Assembly: GCA_002269645.1 (NCBI GenBank)
Contig: NIVC01004878.1
Span: forward strand, 1 to 32,575
DNA length: 32,575 nucleotides
Direction: 5' to 3'
From: Macrostomum lignano
Taxonomy: Eukaryota
Part shown: piece by piece, positions 22,072 through 31,112 of the stretch
Position numbering within the stretch: the stretch's first letter is position 1
Layout of the letters: every line of letters starts with the position of its first letter
Made by a program: the position numbers and the translations under genes
Notes under the pieces: generated by a model
Told to the model about the DNA's origin: nothing
The model's database searches: none
The model's input: the letters and a program-made list of their open reading frames with translations, nothing else

Positions 22072-22525
22072 ATGTCGCGCGATGTTGAAGTGATTCAGCG
22101 GCAAAGTTTGCACCGCGTGGAGCTGCACTGCCACCTGGAGGGCGCCCTCCGACCGGCCACGGTGCTCCAAGTAGCCCGGCGTCGCAGGCTCAAAGCGCCG
22201 GCCGACACGCCGGAGGCTTTTGCCGAATTTCTGCGCCGAAAATCGCCATCATCATTGGCTGAATTTCTCGCCTATTTTCCCCAGCTGGTGGAGTTTGCGG
22301 CCGGCGATCGCGAAGCTATCGGTCAGTTGGCGCAGGACTTCGTGGCCGATTGTGCCAGCAACGGTGTCTGCTACGTTGAAAGTCGTTTCTGCCCGAGCCT
22401 GTTCGCCAACTCTGAGCTGTCGGCCGAGGGCGTGCTCAGAGCCGTGCTAGAAGGCTTCGAGGTTGGGTCGGCTCGACACGGAGTAAAAGTTCGGGCTATC
22501 CTGTGCGCTCTGAGGAATGATCCAG
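22072..22525 (+). CDS. ADA: Adenosine deaminase family protein, coding exon 1
   Basis: Encodes ELHCHLEG (Zn-binding HxH), YVESRFCP and VKVRAILCALRNDP. Donor CAG|GTAGCT at 22525/22526 (phase 1). A at -3 of the ATG. Confidence 0.93.
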
Positions 22526-22845
22526 GTAGCTTCCCAGGAGATTCTTGAGTGGGTCTCTCGCTTTTAACTCTTGGCTATTCCTGCCGTTCTTAAATAACTC
22601 CTTCCGGAAATTTTTGCAACAGACCCGTACTACGAGTAATTTCTATCTAAGTAACCTTACTTTGCAACAAACACACGAATGAAGTTATCGAACAAAGAAG
22701 CGCCGGCTAGATGTTATGTTATAATAAATCAATCGCTTCAACATAAAGTGCGTTCCCTGAGGCTGCAATTATGGGAATAGTCTAATTCTGCTTAATAAAT
22801 TAAAGCAATTGCTTGGCTCAAAATGGCCACTTTCGAGCAGAATCA

Positions 22846-23080
22846 AGGCTCGATTCCAAGTGCAGTCACATTACGCCGTAATTTGGGTCTAAATTGGAAT
22901 CTTGGCTTGGCAAGTGTACATGCCTAACGATAAATAAAGTCTGGGCTGCTGTACACTCCTGTGTGAGTGCCTGTGCGTATGACTGCGTACGTATCCGCGC
23001 GCTTGTGTGCCTGCTCAGGGGAGTCTGGGGCGAAATTAGCAGTAATGCCTCTCGCCGGTTGTGTGACAATGTCGCTTAAA
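22846..23080 (+). mobile_element. tRNA-derived SINE copy 2 (5'-truncated or diverged, with a 50-bp internal gap) in the ADA intron
   Basis: AGGCTCGATTCCAAGTGCAGTCACATTA is identical to the reverse complement of 763-790, and similarity continues to GTCGCTTAAA. A clear A box is lacking. Confidence 0.75.
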
Positions 23081-23177
23081 TACATTTAAATGTGCTGAGA
23101 TCTCCCTGTTCTCACTAACTTTACCAGAGTACAAGCAGTCCTTCAATAAACAGCCTATACACTCCCCTCTGGCGCAG

Positions 23178-23776
23178 ACGGCAGCTCGGAGACGCTGACC
23201 CTGGCCAAAGCCTACTCAACTCACGGCGTTGTCGGCGTTGACCTCGCCGGCGACGATCGAGCCGACGAGCTAGCCGGCGGCACCTCGCCGAAGCTGATAG
23301 AACTCTTTCGTCAGGCCTCCGCCGCCGGGCTGCACAGGACAGTTCACGCGGGCGAGAACTCCGGCTCGGCTCTGGTCAGCGAGGCGCTGGACAAGATGAA
23401 CGCCGAACGGATCGGGCACGGCTATCACTGTCTGGATGATCCGGCTGTCTATCAGCAGATCTTGCAGCGTCGGGTGCACCTGGAGGTGTGCCCACTGTCC
23501 AGCCGCCTGACGGGAGCCGTGCTGTCCGACTGGCCGCACCATCCGGTGCACCGGTTCGCCAGCGATCGGGCCAGCTATTCTATTAACTCGGACGATCCAA
23601 CCTTCACTGGCCAGTGGCTGGCTGAGGAATACCGACTGTGCGCTGAGCAGGTCGGGCTGCCGCCATGGGAGTTGGTTAAGGCGAACTACAATGCCGCTTG
23701 GGCCAGCTTCCTGCCTGATGAGGAGCGGCAACTGTTACTGGGACAGCTAAACGACTACTATAGGGTCAGGCTTTGA
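23178..23776 (+). CDS. ADA: Adenosine deaminase family protein, coding exon 2 (spliced protein about 350 aa)
   Basis: Encodes GVVGVDLAGDD, RTVHAGE, ERIGHGY, LEVCPLSS and SINSDDP, all catalytic motifs of the ADA family, with TGA at 23774-23776. The acceptor at 23177/23178 gives RNDP-DGSSETLTLAKAY, colinear with vertebrate ADA as I recall it. An in-frame alternative acceptor lies at 23153/23154. Confidence 0.92.
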
Positions 23777-23810
23777 GTTGGCTGGGGGGGGGAAGCGTTA
23801 ATTGTTTGTG

Positions 23811-24258
23811 GCATCTGTAGATAGAATGAGAAACAGTAGATAAACTCTATTGTCTACTACAGACTATACAGCATCTGTAGATAGAATGAGAAACAGTAGA
23901 TAAACTCTATTGTCTACTACAGACTATACAGCATCTGTAGATAGAATGAGAAACAGTAGATAAACTCTATTGTCTACTACATTCTATACAGCATCTGTAG
24001 ATAGAATGAGAAACAGTAGATAAACTCTATTGTCTACTACATTCTATACAGCATCTGTAGATGGAATGAGAAACAGTAGATAAACTCTATTGTCTACTAC
24101 AGACTATACAGCATCTGTAGATAGAATGAGAAACAGTAGATAAACTCTATTGTCTACTACAGACTATACAGCATCTGTAGATAGAATGAGAAACAGTAGA
24201 TAAACTCTATTGTCTACTACAGACTATACAGCATCTGTAGATAGAATGAGAAACAGTA
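23811..24258. repeat. 60-bp tandem repeat, about 7.5 copies, starting 35 bp after the ADA stop codon
   Basis: Consecutive 60-nt lines are near-identical. The unit has inverted ends TCTGTAG...CTACAGA. Confidence 0.97.
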
Positions 24259-24764
24259 AATAATTTGTGTGTGTGACATTTAGAAATAGCTAAAAATAGT
24301 TTTTCAAGAAAATTCTTGACCTGATACATGCAGATAATTATGCGCTGTTTCACTACTTTAATTTAAGTAGTATATATGCGTGACTCTCCAATGGAAAATT
24401 GGAAAACTCCATGACGTCAAAAGATTTTGGTTCGAATTTCGAAGAGCCCTTGCTTCAAGAAACACAATTAATTGATTACCTCGACTAGTATTTTAAAGGC
24501 ATTAATAGATTTACCTATAACCTTTGCGTCAGTTCTGTGGCAGGCACTTTTGCTGCTTTAAATGGTCAATTGCTCATCTTGTTTGCTTCTGGAAGCGCCA
24601 ATTTTGAAATTTGAGCCATTTAATACTTGAGAACTGTTGGTCAACATTATTATTTTGTGCTCATGCTATCTCTATTGGCTTTTATTATTATTTCAAATGA
24701 CTTTCATACTTTTTATAACTCAGTTTCATCTTTTTGGCAAGGATTTTAACGACTTATAAACAGA

Positions 24765-24804
24765 AAATGCATACAGATTTACCTTAGAAAATCTGTATGC
24801 ATTT
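24765..24804. other. Perfect 16-bp inverted repeat with an 8-nt loop
   Basis: AAATGCATACAGATTT-ACCTTAGA-AAATCTGTATGCATTT. Confidence 0.9.
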
Positions 24805-24852
24805 AAGAAGGTACATTGACTTCTTTTCCATATTTTGTTACACTGGCATGCA

Positions 24853-25299
24853 AGAGGGAATGGAAGATTGATGAAAAGAAAGGGTGATGGGGTGAGATGA
24901 AGGGAGATGGATAGAGCGGGAGATGACGAGAGAGGAAGAGAGATGGGGAGAGATGAAGGGAGATGGGGAGAGAGGAAGGGAGATGGGGAGAGAGGAAGGG
25001 AGATGGGAGAGAGGAAGGGAGATGGGGAGAGAGGAAGGGAGATGGGGAGAGAGGAAGAGAGATGGGGAGAGAGGAAGGGAGATGGGGGGAGAGGAAGAGA
25101 GATGGGGAGAGAGGAAGAGAGATGGGGAGAGAGGAAGGGAGATGGGGAGAGAGGAAGGGAGATGGGGAGAGAGGAAGGGAGATGGGGAGAGAGGAAGGGA
25201 GATGGGGAGAGAGGAATGGAGATGGGGAGAGAGGAAGGGAGATGGGGAGAGAGGAAGGGAGATGGGGAGAGAGGAAGGGATATGGAGAGAGAGAGAGGG

Positions 25300-25387
<88 letters not shown>

Positions 25388-25392
25388 GAGAG
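24853..25392. repeat. Homopurine tract: 20-bp unit GAGAGAGGAAGGGAGATGGG (about 16 copies) grading into (GA)n
   Basis: Visible directly. Source of the four overlapping G/E/R-rich ORFs and the S/L/P-rich ORF. Confidence 0.95.
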
Positions 25393-26276
25393 GAATGTGG
25401 AGAGATACAGGGAGATAAGGAATATAATGTCTTTTTTCCGCCTTCTTACATACGCAGCTGTGTTTCCGTTGCCATCTATACTCTACGCGTTTAAACAAGG
25501 CTACGTTGGCTGAATTAAAAGGTGTATGACTCACTAAGGTCTTTCGTCGGACTGCCATGGACCATAATATTGTAACACACTGCTAAGCGTACGTGAAAAC
25601 CAGCCTGTACATTTGCTGTTACGTAACTGAAACCCTTCCCTTTGGACCCCCGGAGGGGTAAAGCGAGGGTCGGGTCAAGAGAGGGAGACAGAGACAGTGA
25701 GGGGAGATAATTATAAAGGCGTACAACTAACTGTACACTGAAGCCTAGATGTACAGGATAGGGTAAGGGCAATTATTCCGCCGCCACATTAAAATTCAGC
25801 CACCTCCCCCCCCCCTCAACAGACCCCCTTGCATATCAAACAAACTGAACAGGCAATCCGTCTAACCAAAGTAAGGCCTTGCTTAGTAAATCTGCGAGCG
25901 TATAGGCTCCAATAAAAGGAACAAACAACAGCACATTTAGCTCCTTGATTTCTACGAGAGGAGGAATTACACAGGACGGTTTCTGTCTTAGGCCTAAATC
26001 AGTATCGGTGAGTGGAATGGCAATGCATTAAGTATTATTCATTTACTAAATCGTTGGCATTATTGACAATATTTTTCACACTACTATGGTTCTTTTTTGT
26101 TCTCTATTGATACATAACACTTAACAAATAGCTAGGGTTGCGTAGGAAAGAAATAGGATTATTTACTTCAATTATTTTAATTATTTTAATTATTTAAGTC
26201 AGACGAGGCTTACAATTCTCCAAAATGAGTCAGGTGACAGGTCAGATGGGGCTTCTACCTTCTTTTATAAAAAATC

Positions 26277-27380
26277 AGTCAGGTGCGGCTTCAAAAACTG
26301 AAATTGTGTCAGACGAGGCTTCAATAATCTGAAAATGTGTCAGACAAGGCTTCAAAAATCTGAAATTGTGTCAGACGAGGCTTCAATAATCTGAAAATGT
26401 GTCAGACGAGGCTTCAATAATCTGAAAATGTGTCAGACAAGGCTTCAATAATCTGAAAATGTGTCAGACAAGGCTTCAAAAATCTGAAATTGTGTCAGAC
26501 GAGGCTTCAATAATCTGAAAATGTGTCAGACGAGGCTTCAATAATCTGAAAAAGTGTCAGACAAGGCTTCAATAATCTGAAAATGTGTCAGACAAGGCTT
26601 CAATAATCTGAAATTGTGTCAGACGAGGCTTCAATAATCTGAAATTGTGTCAGACGAGGCTTCAATAATCTGAAATTGTGTCAGACGAGGCTTCAATAAT
26701 CTGAAAATGTGTCAGACGAGGCTTCAATAATCTGAAATTGTGTCAGACGAGGCTTCAATAATCTGAAATTGTGTCAGACGAGGCTTCAATAATCTGAAAA
26801 TGTGTCAGACGAGCTGGCTTCAATAATCTGAAAATGTGTCAGACGAGGCTTCAATAATCTGAAATTGTGTCAGACGAGGCTTTAATAATCTGAAATTGTG
26901 TCAGACAAGGCTTCAATAATCTGAAAATATGTCAGACGAGGCTTCAATAATCTGAAAATGTGTCAGACGAGGCTTCAATAATCTGAAAATGTGTCAGACG
27001 AGGCTTCAATAATCTGAAATTGTGTCAGACGAGGCTTCAATAATCTGAAAATGTGTCAGACGAGGCTTCAATAATCTGAAAATGTGTCAGACGAGGCTTC
27101 AATAATCTGAAAATGTGTCAGAAAAGGCTTCAATAATCTGAAATTGTGTCAGACGAGGCTTCAATAATCTGAAAATGTGTCAGAAAAGGCTTCAATAATC
27201 TGAAATTGTGTCAGACGAGGCTTCAATAATCTGAAAATATGTCAGACGAGGCTTCAATAATCTGAAATTGTGTCAGACGAGGCTTCAATAATCTGAAAAT
27301 GTGTCAGACGAGGCTTCAATAATCTGAAAATGTGTCAGACGAGGCTTCACTAATCTGAAAATGTGTCAGACGAGGCTTCA
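26277..27380. repeat. 31-bp minisatellite TGTGTCAGACGAGGCTTCAATAATCTGAAAA, about 35 copies, ending 140 bp before the innexin ATG
   Basis: Period of 31 (GTCAG at 26401 and 26432), with degenerate copies at 26197 and 26277. Confidence 0.96.
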
Positions 27381-27442
27381 GTTCTATGAAATAAATTAGG
27401 TTGAGTCACAATCGTCTAAAATGAGGCAGATAAGGATTCAAT

Positions 27443-27490
27443 TATAAAACCGTGCAACATATAAAAATTGTCCGTGCGCACCCCCGCCCC
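27443..27490 (+). promoter_or_regulatory. Possible innexin core promoter (TATAAA at 27443 and 27460, CCCCGCCCC at 27482)
   Basis: Short motif matches 30-80 bp upstream of the ATG. No transcript evidence. Confidence 0.3.
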
Positions 27491-27519
27491 GCCTCAGGCC
27501 CGCTGGCACCGCTGCAACA

Positions 27520-27835
27520 ATGTTGGGCGCCGAATTCATCGACACAATCTCCAGCTGGGACATTCAGCACCAGGTCGGAGTTGAAGACTTCGCCGATCGC
27601 TGGAACTTCTTGTTCACCACCGGCGTGCTGATTATGTGCACCGTGATTGTCGCGGCCAGGCAGTACATTGTCGGCGAGCCAATCACCTGCTTCATACCTT
27701 CGCAGGTATCTGGATCCACATTCGAAGACTATATGGAGAATATCTGCTGGGTGCAAGGCACTTATCCTTTACCTGTCGACAGTCAGTTCTCAAATACGGA
27801 GGAGTTCTGGAAATCTCTGGCCAGCAAGAAGCTCA
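27520..27835 (+). CDS. inx: Innexin, exon 1
   Basis: Encodes VEDFADR, TM1, QYIVGEPITCFIP and ENICWVQGTY (both EL1 cysteines). Donor A|GTGAGT at 27835/27836 (phase 1). Confidence 0.95.
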
Positions 27836-27974
27836 GTGAGTTCACAGTTTTCTATCAGTAGTGAGTAGTTTAATGACCGGGGCTTAGCACTAGTGCTTAT
27901 TGGGCTTGATTTTATAGTGTGTGATCTATATAATGCATGTAACTAGCCTAAGATACTGACCAAATTGAGGCACC

Positions 27975-28348
27975 TGACCAATCATACACCTGGGCTAATG
28001 ACCAATCATACACCTGGGCTAATGACCAATCATACACCTGGGCTAATGACCAATCATACACCTGGGCTAATGACTAATCATACACCTGGGATAATGACCA
28101 ATCGTACATCTAGGCTAATTTTTAATCAAACACCTGGGCTAATGGCCAATCAAACACCTGGGCTAATGACCAATCATACACCTGGGCTAATGACCAATCA
28201 AACACCTGGGCTAATGACCAATCATACACCTGGGCTAATGACCAATCAAACACCTGGGCTAATGACCAATCAAACACCTGGGCTGATGACCAATCAAACA
28301 CCTGGGCTGATGACCAATCGTACACCTAGGCTAATGTTTAATCATACA
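27975..28348. repeat. 24-bp minisatellite TGACCAATCATACACCTGGGCTAA, about 15 copies, in innexin intron 1
   Basis: Period of 24. Source of the MTNHTPGL ORF. Confidence 0.95.
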
Positions 28349-28817
28349 ATAATCTAGGTTAATGAACAGTCAGGCATCAAGTGTCAATGACCCCACACTC
28401 GTTTGGGTCAAACACCTATTAAATACCTTTCTTAATACCCAAATCATACTCGAACACCTACGGTACTAACTCATAAATCATTTTTTAAATGAATGAGAAT
28501 TTCTATAAATTAAGCAGCAGTCAACTAATTAGTTTAGAATTTTGTTCGCATAAACAAGTTTAGAAATAGAATGACATGATGGCACTCCAGGGGGGGGGGT
28601 TGCTTTCACCTGTCAGATCTGTAACTGTTGCTTCCAGCTTATTGCGTAATAACCTAACGAAATCTACCAGGGCAGACTGTGAAGAGTTTATCAAACACGT
28701 GACTTTTATGCTCGGACGACGAGCTTGGCTTTTAAGGATGCTAGAATTAAATTTTATGTGACTGACACACGCTGTGACTCAAAAGCCGTGTTCAGACATA
28801 CTTGCCGACCATAGTGC

Positions 28818-28917
28818 GTGCCTGTGTACAGTATTGGCGAGTCAGCGGGATGCGCAGAGTTGCCGTCAGCGCTGGTTGTGAGGCGATGTCGCTGAAGGCA
28901 TAAGCCGCAAGCCCTGC
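28818..28917 (+). mobile_element. Highly diverged remnant of the same SINE body (copy 3) in innexin intron 1
   Basis: GCTGGTTGTGAGGCGATGTCGCTGAA (28871-28896) matches GCCGGTTGTGTGACAATGTCGCTTAA (from 23054) at 21/26. Upstream GTGCCTG, GAGTC, GCAG and TGCC occur in the same order. Confidence 0.5.
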
Positions 28918-28996
28918 TACAATTATGATTATCACCAAGTAGGCCTGACTGATATGAATTAAGCAGTTTCAAATCGTCTGTCTCTCTCCGCCGCAG

Positions 28997-29216
28997 TGTA
29001 CTACCAGTGGGTGCCGTTCATCCTTGGCCTGCAGACGATGCTGTTTTACCTGCCCCGTATTGTCTGGCTCGCCCTCGCTAGCCGGCGCTCCGGCGCCGAT
29101 AGTCAGGCGCTGGTGGCGCGCGCCGCCGAGGCCGGCACCTCCGATGGGGAGGACCGCGAGAAAATCGTGCATCAGACTGCCGTTGACCTGGAACAGCTGC
29201 TGCTGCTGGCTAAAAG
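28997..29216 (+). CDS. inx: Innexin, exon 2
   Basis: Acceptor CTCTCCGCCGCAG|. Encodes the (M)YYQWVPFILGLQTMLFYLPRIVW signature and TM2. Donor AG|GTGCGC at 29216/29217 (phase 2). Confidence 0.95.
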
Positions 29217-29372
29217 GTGCGCGGGCGCTTTGTTTGCTACTGTTAGTAGGCTGTGCAGTTTACCGCATATTTATCGCACAATGAAAAAGTAAAAAATGGT
29301 CAGTGCACACGTGTTTGTGTATGTGATTGCAGCATTAAATACGAATTAAGAATTCTAGGATTTCCCCAAATA

Positions 29373-29830
29373 GGGATTCCTGTATTAACTAAGCATCAGA
29401 TTCCCCAGATCCCAAATGGGGATTCCTGTATTAACTAAGCATCAGAATCCCCAGATCCCAAATGGGGATTCCTGTATTAACTAAGCATCAGAATCCCCAG
29501 ATCCCAAATGGGGATTCCTGTATTAACTAAGCATCAGATTCCCCAGATCCCAAATGGGGATTCCTGTATTAACTAAGCATCAGAATCCCCAGATCCCAAA
29601 TGGGGATTCCAGTATTATCTAAGCATCAGAATCCCCAGATCCCAAATGGGGATTCCAGTATTAACTAAGCATCAGATTCCCCAGATCCCAAATGGGGATT
29701 CCTGTATTAACTAAGCATCAGATTCCCCAGATCCCAAATGGGGATTCCAGTATTAACTAAGCATCAGATTCCCCAGATCCCAAATGGGATTCCAGTATTA
29801 ACTAAGCATCAGATTCCCCAGATCCCAAGT
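29373..29830. repeat. 46-bp minisatellite GGGGATTCCTGTATTAACTAAGCATCAGAWTCCCCAGATCCCAAAT, about 10 copies, in innexin intron 2
   Basis: Period of 46 (CCCAAAT at 29411 and 29457). Confidence 0.95.
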
Positions 29831-29886
29831 GAGGATCTATATTGAGGATTAACTAATATTCTACGAGCTACCCACCCCGCTCGCAG

Positions 29887-30167
29887 ATCCGAGCTGAGTC
29901 GCGGTGCTTTGAGCAAACTACTCGGTGCGGGCAAGCGTCTGAGCTCCGGACTCACAACTGGTTACCTGTTTGTGAAACTGCTCTACCTGGCTAATGGGAT
30001 TGGGCAGCTCTATCTGATGCAGACTTTCCTGCGACTGGGAGCTAGCAACCACAGCAGCGTTCTCTATGGCGCTGAGATTCTGTCTAACATTGCCGCGGGC
30101 AGGGACTGGCGGTCCACCATGGTGTTTCCCAGGGTCACCTTCTGCAGGACGGAGTTTGCCATTTTTG
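29887..30167 (+). CDS. inx: Innexin, exon 3
   Basis: Acceptor CCCCGCTCGCAG|. Encodes TM3 GYLFVKLLYLANGIGQLYLMQTFL and FPRVTFC (EL2 Cys). Donor G|GTGAGC at 30167/30168 (phase 1). Confidence 0.94.
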
Positions 30168-30190
30168 GTGAGCAATGGGAGCTTGGAATT

Positions 30191-30492
30191 GGGGAGCTCG
30201 TCTGGGGCTGGGGGTCAGGGGTGGGGTTGATCTAGGGGGCTGGGGGTTAGGGAGCTTATCTAGGGGGCTGGGGTCAGGGTGGGGGCTGATCTAGGGGGCT
30301 GGGGGTTAGGGAGCTTATCTAGGGGGCTGGGGGTCAGGATTGGGGCTGATCTAGGGGGCTGGGGAGTTTGAGAGCTTATCTAGGAGGCTGGCGGTTAGAG
30401 GTGGGGCTGATCTAGGGGGCGGGGGTCAGAGGTGGGGGTTGACCTAGGGGGCTGGGGGGTTAGGGGGCTTATCTAGGGGCGGGGGGTCAGGG
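30191..30492 (+). repeat. Degenerate G-run repeat (ATCTAGGGGGCTGGGGG...) at the start of innexin intron 3
   Basis: More than 25 runs of 3 or more G in 300 bp, with embedded TTAGGG hexamers. Confidence 0.85.
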
Positions 30493-30497
30493 GTGAT

Positions 30498-31040
30498 AGC
30501 TCATCTAGGGACTGGAGAGGCAGCTCATCTAGGGACTTGGGAGGCAGCTTATCTAGGGACTGGAGAGGCAGCTCATCTAGGGACTTGGGAGGCAGCTTAT
30601 CTAAGGACTGGAGAGGCAGCTCATCTAGGGACTTGGGAGGCAGCTTATCTAGGGACTGGAGAGGCAGCTCATCTATGGTCTGAAGAGGCAGCTCATCTAG
30701 GGACTGGAGAGGCAGCTCATCTAGGGACTGGAGAGGCAGCTCATCTAGGGACTGGAGAGGCAGCTCATCTAGGGGCTGGAGAGGCAGCTCATCTAGGGAC
30801 TGGAGAGGCAGCTCATCTAGGGGCTGGAGAGGCAGCTCATCTAGGGACTGGAGAGGCAGCTCATCTAGGGACTGGAGAGACAGCTCATCTATGGTCTGAA
30901 GAGGCAGCTCATCTAGGGACTGGAGAGGCAGCTCATCTAGGGACTGGAGAGGCAGCTCATCTAGGGACTGGAGAGGCAGCTCATCTAGGGACTGGAGAGG
31001 CAGCTCATCTAGGGACTGGAGAGGCACCTCATCTAGGGAG
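30498..31040. repeat. 24-bp minisatellite AGCTCATCTAGGGACTGGAGAGGC, about 22 copies, in innexin intron 3
   Basis: Period of 24. Source of the AAHLGTGE and SLDELPLQ ORFs. Confidence 0.95.
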
Positions 31041-31112
31041 CTAACAGGTAGCCAGTTCGTGCTCATTGCCCTCAAACCCGGCTGCTAAGGAAAATCCCCC
31101 CTCACAATCCAG

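Noticed and set aside
23716-23723. CTGATGAG as a hammerhead ribozyme core
   Set aside because: It lies inside ADA coding sequence (PDE), with no downstream GAAA or flanking stems.
24803-25558. G/E/R-rich and S/L/P-rich ORFs
   Set aside because: Products of the homopurine 20-bp and (GA)n tract.
26277-29830. 31-bp and 46-bp partly palindromic repeats as CRISPR arrays
   Set aside because: Units are head-to-tail with no unique spacers, there are no cas genes, and the context is intron-containing animal DNA.
29373-29830. GGGGATTCC as tandem NF-kB sites
   Set aside because: Imperfect match to GGGRNNYYCC, and the presence of NF-kB in this lineage is doubtful.
30473-31075. AAHLGTGE and SLDELPLQ ORFs (likewise MTNHTPGL at 27965-28357)
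   Set aside because: 24-bp intronic arrays. The innexin frame closes exactly without them.
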